The notes under the pieces are model-generated. The model did no database searches, had not been told where the DNA came from, and was given only the letters and a program-made list of their open reading frames with translations. From positions 20,780 to 84,779 of the forward strand of contig CAVTBD010000001.1 in the NCBI GenBank assembly GCA_963732875.1: 64,000 bases of DNA. Reading direction: 5' to 3'. The position numbers and the translations under genes were made by a program. This document shows, piece after piece, positions 36,885-47,468 of the stretch; position 1 is the first letter of the stretch, and each line of letters begins with the position of its first letter. The stretch comes from an uncultured Alphaproteobacteria bacterium. GTDB taxonomy: Bacteria; Pseudomonadota; Alphaproteobacteria; SMXQ01.

Positions 36885-37841
36885 TTACGCCTGCGACGGC
36901 TTGAACCGGCCGGTGGCGCGGAACCGGTCGAGGTAGCCGGGCAGGATCGCCTCGGCCGCGGTCGGGCGAATGCCGAGCGCCTCGAAGCCTTCCCCCGTCA
37001 CCACGCTGTCGCTGCGCAGCAGCCGCGCCTGGTCGCTGGTCAGCGCCGGCGGCAGGCCGCACCAGGCGACCACGTCGCCCACCCGGCCGATCACGTCGGC
37101 GAGCGCCATCGGCAGCGGCATCAGGATACGGTCGCGCCCGGTCACCGCCAGGATCAGCGCCAGCACCTCTCGGAAGCTGTAGACCCTGGGGCCGCCGAGC
37201 TCGAAGGTGCGGCCACGCAGCGCCCGCACGGTCAGCGCGCGGAACACCGCCTCCGCCACGTCGGCGACGTAGACCGGCTGGAACCGGTTGTGGCCGCCGC
37301 CGAACAGCGGCAGCACCGGGCTCAGGCGGGCGAGCGCGGCGAAGCGGTTGAAGAAATCGTCCTCGGGCCCGAACACCACCGAGGGGCGGAAGATCGTCGC
37401 GGCCGGGAACCCCGCCCGCAGCGCCGCTTCACCGGCCGCCTTGGAGATGGCGTAACGGGCCGCGGCATCGGGCGCGGCGCCCACCGCCGAGACGTGCACC
37501 AGCGCCCCGGTCCCGGCCGCCGTGGCGGCCTTGGCGATGATGCCGGGTGCCGTGCCGTGCAGGTCGTCGAACCGGGTGCGCCGGGTCTCGTACAGGATCC
37601 CGACCAGGTTGACCGCGGCCTCCGAGCCTTCCAGCGCGCGCGCCACCAGGGCGGGATCGCGCACGTCGCAGCGGAGCGGCATGATCTGGCCGACGTTGCC
37701 CATGGGCTGGAGCATGGCGGCGGCGCCCGTGTCGCGCACCGCCGCGACCACCCGGCAGCCGGCCGTGGCGAGGCGGCGCACCACATGACGACCGAGGAAG
37801 CCGGACGCCCCGAAAACCGTAACCTGGGAAGGAACCATCAT
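36885..37841 (-). CDS. SDR-family NAD(P)-binding protein (NDUFA9/NmrA-like)
   Basis: MMVPSQVTVFGASGFLGRHVVRRL... Rossmann motif. Confidence 0.6.
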   Translation of the reverse strand: MMVPSQVTVFGASGFLGRHVVRRLATAGCRVVAAVRDTGAAAMLQPMGNVGQIMPLRCDVRDPALVARALEGSEAAVNLVGILYETRRTRFDDLHGTAPGIIAKAATAAGTGALVHVSAVGAAPDAAARYAISKAAGEAALRAGFPAATIFRPSVVFGPEDDFFNRFAALARLSPVLPLFGGGHNRFQPVYVADVAEAVFRALTVRALRGRTFELGGPRVYSFREVLALILAVTGRDRILMPLPMALADVIGRVGDVVAWCGLPPALTSDQARLLRSDSVVTGEGFEALGIRPTAAEAILPGYLDRFRATGRFKPSQA

Positions 37842-37960
37842 GATCTCCCGCGCCGCGGCGCCGTTCACGTTCATACCGGGATGACTGCGCCCTATATTAG
37901 ATGACGACACCGGGCGTCAAGGAAAGAGCCCCGTGGGGACATCCGGCGCCCTTATCCCCG

Positions 37961-37989
37961 TTGACTTTGGCGGGGACGAAGTTTATTCA
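37961..37989 (+). promoter_or_regulatory. Sigma-70-like promoter for tRNA-Leu
   Basis: TTGACT-17 nt-TATTCA, about 70 nt upstream of the tRNA 5' end. Confidence 0.45.
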
Positions 37990-38063
37990 ACCCCGCTTGC
38001 GACGGCCGGAGCGCGAAGCGTCCCGGCCCCGCCCCCTTCCGGGGGCCAAGCTCCGGATTCCGT

Positions 38064-38150
38064 GCCCAGGTGGCGGAATTGGTAGACGCGCTAGTTTCAG
38101 GTACTAGTGGGCGAAAGCTCGTGGAAGTTCGAGTCTTCTCCTGGGCACCA
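38064..38150 (+). tRNA. tRNA-Leu (anticodon CAG), CCA encoded
   Basis: Cloverleaf GCCCAGG/CCTGGGC acceptor, anticodon stem CTAGT/ACTAG, loop TTCAGGT, long variable arm, T-loop TTCGAGT. Confidence 0.9.
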
Positions 38151-38194
38151 TCTTTCCCCGCCGCGGCGCGGGCGCGAAGGAGCGGTTAGACGAC

Positions 38195-38821
38195 ATGGCC
38201 GTGCATTTTCACGAAGGCGACCTGCCACGCGACGTGGACCTCGGCCGCGAGATCGCGGTCGACACCGAGACCATGGGTCTGGTGACGGCGCGTGACCGGC
38301 TGTGCCTGGTGCAGCTCTCTGCCGGCGACGGCAATGCCCACCTGGTGCGCCTGCCGCAGCAGGCCCGGCCCTACAACGCGCCCCGTCTCGCCGCCCAGCT
38401 CGCCGATCCGGGCCGCATCAAGCTGTTCCACTTCGCGCGCTTCGACGTGGCCGCGCTCAAGCATTGGCTCGGCATCGACTGCGCCCCGGTCTACTGCACC
38501 AAGATCGCGAGCAAGCTTGCGCGTACCTATACCGACCGCCACGGCCTCGCCGACCTGTGCCGCGAGTTGCTCGGGATCGACCTGTCCAAGCAGCAGCAGT
38601 CGTCGAACTGGGGCGCGGCCGAGCTGAGCGACGCGCAGAAGACCTACGCCGCTTCCGACGTGCTGCACCTGCACGCGCTGAAATCGCGCCTCGACGCCAT
38701 GCTGGCGCGCGAGGGCCGCGCCGCGCTGGCCCAGGCCTGCTTCGACTTCCTGCCCCAGCGCGTGGCCCTCGACCTCGCCGGCTTCGGCGGCGACGACCGC
38801 GACGACATCTTCCATCACTGA
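38195..38821 (+). CDS. Ribonuclease D-like 3'-5' exonuclease (DEDD)
   Basis: VDTETMGL ... YAASDVLHLHAL motifs, 208 aa. Confidence 0.75.
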   Translation: MAVHFHEGDLPRDVDLGREIAVDTETMGLVTARDRLCLVQLSAGDGNAHLVRLPQQARPYNAPRLAAQLADPGRIKLFHFARFDVAALKHWLGIDCAPVYCTKIASKLARTYTDRHGLADLCRELLGIDLSKQQQSSNWGAAELSDAQKTYAASDVLHLHALKSRLDAMLAREGRAALAQACFDFLPQRVALDLAGFGGDDRDDIFHH

Positions 38822-38983
38822 GCGCCGGAAACCGGGCCGGTGGCCCGTGCAGGCGGCTCATGCACAGGTGCGGCGGTCATCGCGCGGGTATCGGGAACAG
38901 GGCCGATCTGCTAGATTTCCGGCGGGTCCGGCGCGCGTGCCGGGACCGCGCCAAAGGAACCGATTCGAGAAACCCGTGAGGCC

Positions 38984-39982
38984 ATGAGCACCGCTTCGAA
39001 GCGCAAGAAGTCCCCACCCGCATCCGCCGCCACCGACCGCGGGCTCGTGGTCGCGCGCCGTGTGTTCGAGCTCGAGGCGGCCGGCCTCACCGAGGCCGCG
39101 CGCCAGCTCGACGGCGGGTTCGTCGCCGCCCTCGACGCGCTGCTGGCGGTCAAGGGCCGCGTCATCGTCTCGGGCATGGGTAAGAGCGGCCACATCGCGC
39201 GCAAGATCGCGGCGACGCTCGCCTCCACCGGCACACCGGCGTTCTTCGTCCATCCCGGCGAGGCGAGCCACGGCGACCTCGGCATGATCATGCGCGACGA
39301 CGCGGTGATCGCCATCTCCAATTCCGGCACCACGGCGGAGCTGTCCGACATCGTCGCCCATTCCCGGCGCTTCAAGATTCCGCTGATCGCGATCACCGCA
39401 GGCGGGTCGAGCCAGCTCGCCGAGGCGGCCGACATCGTGCTCAGCCTGCCGCGCGCGCAGGAAGCCTGCCCCATGGGGCTCGCACCCACCACCTCGACCA
39501 CCATGACGCTGGCGCTCGGCGATGCCCTCGCGATCGCGCTCCTGGAACGGCGCGGCTTCACCCCCGATGACTTCCAGATGCTGCACCCGGGCGGCCAGCT
39601 CGGCCGGCGCCTGCTCAAGATCGCCGACATCATGCACAAGGGCGACGACGTGCCCCGCGCGACGCCGGACGCCACCATGGCGGAGGTGCTGATCACCATG
39701 TCCGCCAGGCGCTTCGGCTGCGTCGGCGTGGTCAAGGGCACCCGGCTGGTGGGCGTGATCACCGACGGCGACCTGCGCCGGCACATGGCGCCGGGCCTGC
39801 TGGAGCAGCGCGCGCGCGACGTCATGACCACGGCGCCGGTCACGGTCGGCTCGAACCAGCTCGCGGCGGAAGCGCTCGGCATCATGAACGACCGCGCCAT
39901 TACCGCCCTGTTCGTCGTGGACGGCGGGCGCCTCAACGGCATCCTCCACATTCACGACATCCTGCACGCGGGCATCGCCTGA
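38984..39982 (+). CDS. kdsD: Arabinose-5-phosphate isomerase (KpsF/GutQ family; SIS + tandem CBS)
   Basis: SGMGKSGHIARKIAATLASTGTPAFFVHPGEASHGDLG SIS domain and C-terminal CBS pair. Confidence 0.85.
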   Translation: MSTASKRKKSPPASAATDRGLVVARRVFELEAAGLTEAARQLDGGFVAALDALLAVKGRVIVSGMGKSGHIARKIAATLASTGTPAFFVHPGEASHGDLGMIMRDDAVIAISNSGTTAELSDIVAHSRRFKIPLIAITAGGSSQLAEAADIVLSLPRAQEACPMGLAPTTSTTMTLALGDALAIALLERRGFTPDDFQMLHPGGQLGRRLLKIADIMHKGDDVPRATPDATMAEVLITMSARRFGCVGVVKGTRLVGVITDGDLRRHMAPGLLEQRARDVMTTAPVTVGSNQLAAEALGIMNDRAITALFVVDGGRLNGILHIHDILHAGIA

Positions 39983-39983
39983 C

Positions 39984-40685
39984 GTGCCTGCCTCGGCGGA
40001 ACACGTGTCCGATCCTACCGGTCCCGGCAAGCGAACCCGGCGTATCGGCCAGGGATGGAACCGCAGCCAGACGGTATGGCTGCTCAAGGTCCTGTTGCCC
40101 ACCGTCGCATTCTCCCTGGTCGCGCTGGTCATCACCTGGTCGCACATCCGCAAGACCGACGGCGCCTTCAAGGTCGGCGTCTCGCTGGTGCAGCCGGAAG
40201 ACGCGCACAACCTGCGCATGGTGAACGCCCGCTACGCCGGACGCTCGCGCTCGAAGCAGCCCTATCTGGTGACCGCCAGCACCGCGCTCCAGGACCGGCC
40301 CAACGCCGACGTCATCCACCTCGTCGATCCCAAGGGCGACATCACCATGAAGAGCGGCGCCTGGGTGGCGCTGACCGCGCCCAAGGGCGATTACCTCCAG
40401 GGACGCCAGATGCTCGACCTCGCGGGCGGGGTCACGCTGTTCCACGATTCCGGGCTCGAATTCAACAGCGACACCGCGCACATCGACCTCAAGCAGTCGA
40501 CCGCCATGGGCACCGATCCGGTCACCGGCCACGGCCCGGCGGCGGACATCACCTCCCAGGGCTTCAAGGTGTTCGATTCGGGACAGCGGGTGATCTTCAC
40601 CGGCAAGGCGCATCTCACGCTTTACCGCAAGGCAAAGACGCCGACGGCGGCCGAGCGGAACGCGAAACGCAAGGGGATGAAATGA
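39984..40685 (+). CDS. lptC: LPS export system protein LptC
   Basis: Single N-terminal TM segment plus an OstA-like periplasmic domain. Position between kdsD and lptA. Confidence 0.75.
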   Translation: MPASAEHVSDPTGPGKRTRRIGQGWNRSQTVWLLKVLLPTVAFSLVALVITWSHIRKTDGAFKVGVSLVQPEDAHNLRMVNARYAGRSRSKQPYLVTASTALQDRPNADVIHLVDPKGDITMKSGAWVALTAPKGDYLQGRQMLDLAGGVTLFHDSGLEFNSDTAHIDLKQSTAMGTDPVTGHGPAADITSQGFKVFDSGQRVIFTGKAHLTLYRKAKTPTAAERNAKRKGMK

Positions 40686-41627
40686 TCAGGGTGGGGGAAA
40701 GGGCCAAGTGCTTCGCGGTCGCGGTCGCGGTCGCGGCGACTCGTCGCGCTGGCGGGCCCGGCCGAAGCCGTGCAGAGCCTCGGGCTCGGCACCAGCAGCG
40801 ACAAGCCGATCCAGGTCTATGCCGACAACGGGATCGAATGGGACCAGAACACCCACCGCTACATCGCACGCGGCAACGCCAAGGCGATCCAGGGCACCAC
40901 CACGGTCTACGGCGACACGCTGATCGCCTATTACGAGGAAATGAAGGGCGGCAGTACCGAGGTCTACCGGCTCGACGCCCTCGGCCATGTGCGCATCCTG
41001 TCGCCTACCGAAACCGCCTACGGGCAGAAGGCGGTCTACGACGTGCGCAACGGCGTGCTGGTGATGACCGGCAACAACCTGAAATTCGTGTCCCAGAGCG
41101 AAATCATCACGGCGCGCGATTCGCTCGAGTATTACGAGAACAAGAGCCTGGCGGTGGCGCGCGGCAACGCCGTCTCGAAACCCGTGAAGAAGCCGGGAGC
41201 ACCCCCTTCCAGCAACGACCGCACGGTGCGCGGCGACGTTCTGACGGCGCATTTCGAGGACAACGACAAGGCCGGCGCGTCGAAGGCCGGTACCGGTACC
41301 AAGCCGAAGCCGAAGAAAAAGGCGGCAAAGGACGGGGCGTCCGGCAGCGGCAACTCGATCGACCGGCTCGACGCCTACGGCCACGTGGTGGTCACCCGGC
41401 CCGGCGAAGTGGCGATCGGCACCCGCGGCGTCTACTTCCCCAAGACCGACATCGCCAACCTGTGGGGGCAGGTCAAGATCACCCGGGCCGACAACCAGCT
41501 CAACGGCGAGTTCGCCGAGGTCAACTTCAAGACCGGCATTTCCCGCCTTCTTTCGGGCCGCAAGGCACCGGTCCAGGCCCTGATCGTACCCAAGGAAAAG
41601 CCAAAAAATCCGCAGCCGGGCAATTAA
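40682..41627 (+). CDS. lptA: LPS export periplasmic protein LptA, with an apparent 1-nt indel in the signal-peptide region (~40739)
   Basis: ATG 40682 (ATGA overlap with lptC) gives MIRVGERAKCFAVAVAVAA. The mature OstA-like protein (LVALAGPAEA|VQSLGLGTSSDKPIQVYADNG...) is in the next frame. Removing one base restores a perfect Sec signal peptide. Confidence 0.8.
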
Positions 41628-41669
41628 CTCTTCACTAAAAAGCAAGAATTAGGCCAATAATAGAGGGTC

Positions 41670-42470
<801 letters not shown>

Positions 42471-42497
42471 TAACATCATGCTCTAGGCGTCCCGGTC

Positions 42498-44036
42498 ATG
42501 GTTCTCGCTCCCAAACTCGCCCTTCGGCAAACCACGGCGCTCGTGATGACGCCGCAACTGCAGCAGGCCATCAAGCTGCTGCAGCTGTCGAACATGGAAC
42601 TGTCCAGCTTCGTCGAAGGCGAGATCCAGGAGAACCCGCTGCTCGAGCGGGAAGATCCGGAAGGTGGCTTCGAGGGCACCGAGGCGACGGCCGACGACAG
42701 CACGGAGGGCGGCACCGAGGGTGCCGCGGGCGAGGACGGCGAACCGCGCGATACCGCCGATCTGTCCGCCGACGAGCACATGCCCGACGCGGCCGACGCG
42801 CCCCTCGATACCGACTACGAGAACGTCTGGACCAACGACGAGCGCGGCGGCGCCGACGAGCGCCCGCCCGAACAGTTCGCCGACTGGGGCGGCGGCGGCG
42901 GCGGGGGCTTCGACGGCGAAGGGCCGTCCCTCGAAGAGCGGCTTTCCGGCACCGAGTCCCTGCGCGACCACCTGAGCTTCCAGATCAACGTCGAGATCGC
43001 GGCGCCCGCCGACCGACTGATCGCCGCGGCGCTCACCGACGGGCTCGACGACGCCGGCTACCTCACGGTCACGCTGGCCGAAGTGGCCGACCGGCTCGGT
43101 ATCGACATCACCCGGGTCGAGGCCGTGCTGGCCAAGGTGCAGCGCTTCGATCCGGCCGGCGTCTATGCCCGCGATCTGGCCGAATGCCTGGCGCTCCAGC
43201 TGCGTGACCGCGACCGGTTCGATCCCGCCATGGCGGCGCTGATCGCCAATCTCGACGCGCTCGCGCGGCGCGACATCCCCATGCTCAGGCGCGTCTGCCA
43301 GGTGAACGACGAGGACCTGTACGAAATGGTGGCCGAGGTGCGCGCGCTCGATCCCAAGCCGGGTATCGCCTTCACCGCCGACGTCGCCCAGGCGGTGGTG
43401 CCGGACATCCTGGTGCGCGCGCGTGCCGACGGCGTCTGGCAGCTCGAGCTCAATGCCGACACCCTGCCCCGCGTGCTGGTCAACCAGAGCTACTACGCCG
43501 AGGTGCGCGCCGCCGCCCGGACCAAGGCCGAACGCGACTACATCTCCGACCGGATGGCCTCGGCCAACTGGCTGGTGAGGGCCCTGCACCAGCGCGCCAC
43601 CACGATCCTCAAGGTCGCGAGCGAGATCGTGCGCACCCAGGGCGACTTCTTCTCCAGGGGCGTGCAATACCTGAAGCCGCTCACGCTGCGCGACGTGGCG
43701 GACGCCATCGGCATGCACGAATCGACCGTGAGCCGCGTCACCTCGTCCAAGTTCATGGCGACGCCGCGGGGCGTGTTCGAGCTCAAATATTTCTTTACCG
43801 CGGCGATCGCGTCGAACAATGGCGCCGATGCCCATTCCGCCGAATCGGTACGTCACCGGATCCGCGCCCTGATCGAGCGAGAAACCCCCAAGTCGGTGTT
43901 GTCCGACGACAAGATCGCGTCGATCCTGTCGCGGGAAGGAATCGATATCGCGCGCCGCACGGTCGCGAAATACCGGGAAGCGCTGCACATACCATCATCG
44001 TCCCAGCGCCGTCGCGAAAAGGCCATAAGCCTTTAA
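42498..44036 (+). CDS. rpoN: RNA polymerase sigma-54 factor
   Basis: N-terminal LALRQTTALVMTPQLQQAIKLLQLSNMEL and C-terminal RpoN box ARRTVAKYRE. Confidence 0.95.
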   Translation: MVLAPKLALRQTTALVMTPQLQQAIKLLQLSNMELSSFVEGEIQENPLLEREDPEGGFEGTEATADDSTEGGTEGAAGEDGEPRDTADLSADEHMPDAADAPLDTDYENVWTNDERGGADERPPEQFADWGGGGGGGFDGEGPSLEERLSGTESLRDHLSFQINVEIAAPADRLIAAALTDGLDDAGYLTVTLAEVADRLGIDITRVEAVLAKVQRFDPAGVYARDLAECLALQLRDRDRFDPAMAALIANLDALARRDIPMLRRVCQVNDEDLYEMVAEVRALDPKPGIAFTADVAQAVVPDILVRARADGVWQLELNADTLPRVLVNQSYYAEVRAAARTKAERDYISDRMASANWLVRALHQRATTILKVASEIVRTQGDFFSRGVQYLKPLTLRDVADAIGMHESTVSRVTSSKFMATPRGVFELKYFFTAAIASNNGADAHSAESVRHRIRALIERETPKSVLSDDKIASILSREGIDIARRTVAKYREALHIPSSSQRRREKAISL

Positions 44037-44326
44037 CCCAAGAGATTCTTTGTTATAAATCAATGGGTTGATATTATGCCCCAGTTCTATTGACTTTCGG
44101 TGCCGCTGCGACATATGGTGCGCGCACCGCGAACGGCGGGATCGCGATCGCGATCGCCCGAGGTAGCAATACGAGGCGTCGGCGAGGCACCGGCGGCCAG
44201 GGCGAAAGCGACAATGGGAAGCCAGAGACGGGGACAATCGAACCCAGTACAGGCACCGGAACCGAGCCGCCTAATTTCCACGGACAGACAAGGCCGCGCG
44301 GCACAGATCCAACGAAGGACTTGGCA

Positions 44327-44791
44327 GTGGATATCAGTGATCTGATCACACCTTCGAGTATCATTCCGAATTTCAAGGTCACCAGCAAGAAACAGGCGCT
44401 GCAGGAGCTGGCCCGTCACGGGGCGGAAGCGACCGGCGCCAGCGAGCGTGAGATCTTCGAGATCCTGCTGGAGCGCGAGCGCCTCGGCACCACCGGCGTC
44501 GGCGGCGGCGTCGCGATTCCCCATGGCAAGCTGCCCGGCCTCAAACGGCTTTACGGCGTCTTCGCGCGGCTCGAGCAACCGATCGACTTCGACGCCATCG
44601 ACGAGCAGCCGGTCGACCTGATCTTCCTGCTGCTCGCGCCGGAAACGGCGGGCGCCGACCATCTCAAGGCGCTGGCCCGGATCTCGCGCCAGCTTCGCGA
44701 CCGCGAGATGTGCGAGAAGCTGCGCGGCTCCGACACGGCCGAAGCGCTCTATTCGCTCCTGACCGAGGTGCCGGCGAGCCACGCCGCCTGA
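44327..44791 (+). CDS. ptsN: PTS IIA-Ntr (nitrogen regulatory PTS EIIA)
   Basis: GTG start, (M)DISDLITPSSIIPNFKVTSKKQALQELA...GVAIPHGK. Confidence 0.85.
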   Translation: MDISDLITPSSIIPNFKVTSKKQALQELARHGAEATGASEREIFEILLERERLGTTGVGGGVAIPHGKLPGLKRLYGVFARLEQPIDFDAIDEQPVDLIFLLLAPETAGADHLKALARISRQLRDREMCEKLRGSDTAEALYSLLTEVPASHAA

Positions 44792-44836
44792 AAGGCTCGG
44801 CCGCCGGCGGCAAGCTGACGGCCCCCGAAATGCAAA

Positions 44837-44864
44837 CACCCCGCGCCGGCATCGGCGCGGGGTG
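44837..44864. terminator. Bidirectional terminator hairpin between ptsN and the DUF1150 gene
   Basis: CACCCCGCGCC-ggcatc-GGCGCGGGGTG, an 11-bp stem. Confidence 0.5.
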
Positions 44865-44897
44865 TTGCGTTCAACGTTCCGGTTGCGGTGGGATCGG

Positions 44898-45116
44898 CTA
44901 CTGCAGGCAGACCGGCTCCATGTCGTGCTGGCGGATCGCCGCGAGGGCGACGTCGCGGTTGCCGAGCACGGCGATCTCCGTGCCGTCCGCGGCATGAATG
45001 GAATAGGCGGCATTGCCGTCGATCGTCACGGGCTTGACGTAGGCGACGTACTGCAGCCCGAGGACGGCGAGATCGTGGTCAGACATGACCCGGCTGGTGT
45101 GTTCGATCATATTCAT
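44898..45116 (-). CDS. DUF1150-family small protein (alphaproteobacterial, Hsp20-associated)
   Basis: 72 aa, MNMIEHTSRVMSDHDLAVLGLQYVAYVKPV..., downstream of hsp20 in the same orientation. Confidence 0.6.
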   Translation of the reverse strand: MNMIEHTSRVMSDHDLAVLGLQYVAYVKPVTIDGNAAYSIHAADGTEIAVLGNRDVALAAIRQHDMEPVCLQ

Positions 45117-45232
45117 GGCATGTTGCCTTTCCGGCTCCTCACCGATTTGGCCAGCCTAACGGGCCAGCCTTAAAATCGCGTTTACGAGACAAAACTGCGG
45201 CAAATCCCGGGATTCGGGCCCTTGCAAGGGCC

Positions 45233-45652
45233 TCAGGCCGGCTTGCCCGCCCGGATCTCTATGTTGCGAACCACCTCCTCCGTTCGGGGGCGGACCAGGT
45301 CGACGTGCAACAGCCCCTTGTCGAGGGCGGCGCCCATCACCTGCATCCCATCGGCCAGCATGAAGCGGCGTTGGAACTGGCGCGCCGCGATGCCGCGATG
45401 GAGGTAGACCCGTTCGCCGTCGTCGGCCTGGCGGCCGGCGATCAGCAGTTCGTTGTTCTCGACCGTAACCGCAAGCTCGGCCTCGTCGAACCCGGCGACC
45501 GCCAGCGAAATCCTGAGGCGATCCGGGGCAAGCGCTTCGACGTTGTAGGGAGGATAGCCGTCCGGCGCGGACTTGGTGATGCGCTCGAGGGCATCCTCAA
45601 GCATGTCGAAGCCCAGCATGAAAGGCGCGTTGAAAGCACTGTGACGCGTCAT
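45233..45652 (-). CDS. Hsp20/alpha-crystallin family small heat-shock protein
   Basis: 139 aa, alpha-crystallin domain (YPPYNVE...RISLAVAGF...GLLHVDL). Confidence 0.85.
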   Translation of the reverse strand: MTRHSAFNAPFMLGFDMLEDALERITKSAPDGYPPYNVEALAPDRLRISLAVAGFDEAELAVTVENNELLIAGRQADDGERVYLHRGIAARQFQRRFMLADGMQVMGAALDKGLLHVDLVRPRTEEVVRNIEIRAGKPA

Positions 45653-45799
45653 CGGTCTCCTCCCCCGAGGCTCGCGGCCATTGGGTCACGAACGATCGGG
45701 CAACAAGCGAGATCGGGCGGCAAGTCGGCCCGGACCCGTGATACGGCGCCCCGAACCGGCACTTGGCCGCAGCGGCCCAACCTGGCGCCGCCATAGCCT

Positions 45800-45829
45800 A
45801 AATGGGGCGAAAAGGCCGGAAATCAAGGG
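45800..45829 (-). promoter_or_regulatory. Sigma-32 (RpoH)-type heat-shock promoter for hsp20-DUF1150
   Basis: Minus strand CCCTTGATT-13 nt-CCCCATTT matches the sigma-32 consensus CTTGAA-N13-15-CCCCATNT. It leaves a ~140-nt 5'UTR ending in a GGGGGAGGAG SD. Confidence 0.55.
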
Positions 45830-45948
45830 GGCCGGGGTGCTGGATGCATGGCGCAAGCCCTTGGAAAGGCCTATAAAGGCGTCGCAAGAACGGGCCGGGA
45901 CACCCCGGACCCGGCCGCGCCAACGAGACGGCCCGATACCGACGCGCC

Positions 45949-47403
45949 ATGGAATACCCCGCCTTCCGCTTCATCCTGTTCCTCAACGGCATCCTGCTCA
46001 TGATCCTGTCCGGCCTCATGGCGATACCGGCGGTCGCCGACGGGGTCACGGGCAACGCCGACTGGCAGGTCTTTGCCGGCTCAGCGGCGGTGACCCTGTT
46101 CTCGGGGGTCATGCTGGTACTCGCCAACCGCGGCGGCGTGCCCGACATCGGCCATCGCACCGGCTACCTGCTGACCGTCTCGTGCTGGCTCGTGGTCGCC
46201 GCCTTCGGCTCGGTGCCGCTCGCCATGAGCTCGCTCAACCTCTCCATCACCGACGCCTTCTTCGAAACCATGTCCGGGCTCACCACCACCGGCTCGACGG
46301 TGCTCAGCGGCCTCGACCACATGGCGCCGGGTCTCCTCTTGTGGCGCTCGCTGCTGCAGTGGATCGGCGGCATCGGCATCGTGGTGATGGCGATCGTGCT
46401 GCTGCCGGCCATGCGGATCGGCGGCATGCAGTTGTTCCGCACGGAATCGTCGGACATCTCCGGCAAGGCGGTGCCGCGCATCTATCACTACGCGGTGATC
46501 ACGGCGCTGGTCTACCTCGGCCTGTCGCTCGCCTGCGCATTCTCCTACCGGATCGCCGGCATGAACTGGTTCGATGCCGTCAACCATGCCATGACCACCA
46601 TCGCGACTGGCGGCTTGTCCACCAAGGACGCCTCGTTCGGCTACTTCCACTCGGCGCCGATCGAACTGGTGGGGATCGTGTTCATGACCGCGGGCGCGCT
46701 GCCGCTGATCCTCTATGCACGCTTCATCATGGAAGGCCGTGACGCGTTCCGGGGAGAGCGCCAGGTCCTGCCGTTCCTTCTCATGCTCGCCGGCGCCATC
46801 TTTCTGATGACGGCATGGAACGTCGCGCACAATGACATGCCGCTCGAGACCGCGCTGCGCCAGTCAGCGTTCAACGTCACATCCATACTCACCGATACCG
46901 GTTACGCCACCACCGACTTCTCGGCCTGGGGCAGCTTCGCGGTCGGGCTGTTCTTCATCCTGTTCCTGATCGGCGGCTGCGCCGGCTCGACCGCGGGCGG
47001 CATCAAGATATTCCGCTGGCGCATCCTGTTCACGGGCGCGAGCCGCCAGCTCCAGCGCATGCTATCGCCCCACCGCGTGCTCGCGGTGCGCTACGGCGAC
47101 CGGCCGGTGGACGCCGACATGCTGGCGTCCGTGCGCAACTTCTTCTTCGTCTACCTGATGACCTTCCTCGCGCTCTCGCTCGGCTGCATGGCGTCGGGCC
47201 TCGACTTCGTCTCCAGCATCAGCGCGGTCGCCCAGGGCATGGCCAACGCCGGGCCGGGGCTCGGACCGATCGTCGGCCCGGCCACCACCTTCGCCGCGAT
47301 CCCCGCCGTCGCCAAATGGCTGGTGGCGGCCGGCATGCTGCTGGGACGGCTCGAACTGATGACCGTCTACGTCCTGGTGCTGCGCGAGTTCTGGCGGCGC
47401 TGA
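45949..47403 (+). CDS. trkH: TrkH-family potassium uptake protein
   Basis: 484 aa with multiple GxG-containing M-P-M repeats (TTGSTV, TGGLST, TDTGYA, GGIKIF). Confidence 0.9.
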   Translation: MEYPAFRFILFLNGILLMILSGLMAIPAVADGVTGNADWQVFAGSAAVTLFSGVMLVLANRGGVPDIGHRTGYLLTVSCWLVVAAFGSVPLAMSSLNLSITDAFFETMSGLTTTGSTVLSGLDHMAPGLLLWRSLLQWIGGIGIVVMAIVLLPAMRIGGMQLFRTESSDISGKAVPRIYHYAVITALVYLGLSLACAFSYRIAGMNWFDAVNHAMTTIATGGLSTKDASFGYFHSAPIELVGIVFMTAGALPLILYARFIMEGRDAFRGERQVLPFLLMLAGAIFLMTAWNVAHNDMPLETALRQSAFNVTSILTDTGYATTDFSAWGSFAVGLFFILFLIGGCAGSTAGGIKIFRWRILFTGASRQLQRMLSPHRVLAVRYGDRPVDADMLASVRNFFFVYLMTFLALSLGCMASGLDFVSSISAVAQGMANAGPGLGPIVGPATTFAAIPAVAKWLVAAGMLLGRLELMTVYVLVLREFWRR

Positions 47404-47416
47404 CCGTGCCGCGACG

Positions 47417-47450
47417 AAAAAGGCCCGGACCAATTGTCCGGGCCTTTCCC
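47417..47450. terminator. Bidirectional terminator hairpin (AAAGGCCCGGAC...GTCCGGGCCTTT family, copy 1)
   Basis: AAAAAGGCCCGGACCaattGTCCGGGCCTTTCCC between convergent trkH and gene 47469. Confidence 0.6.
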
Positions 47451-47468
47451 GTTCAACAACGTGTGCGG

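Noticed and set aside
40716-40745. GCGGTC hexanucleotide repeat as a non-coding microsatellite
   Set aside because: It encodes the AVAVAVAA hydrophobic core of the LptA signal peptide. It is retained only as the likely site of the frameshift.
44037-44326. Possible hpf (ribosome hibernation factor) between rpoN and ptsN
   Set aside because: All three forward frames were translated. No Hpf-like sequence or adequate ORF was found. Reported as an absence finding instead.
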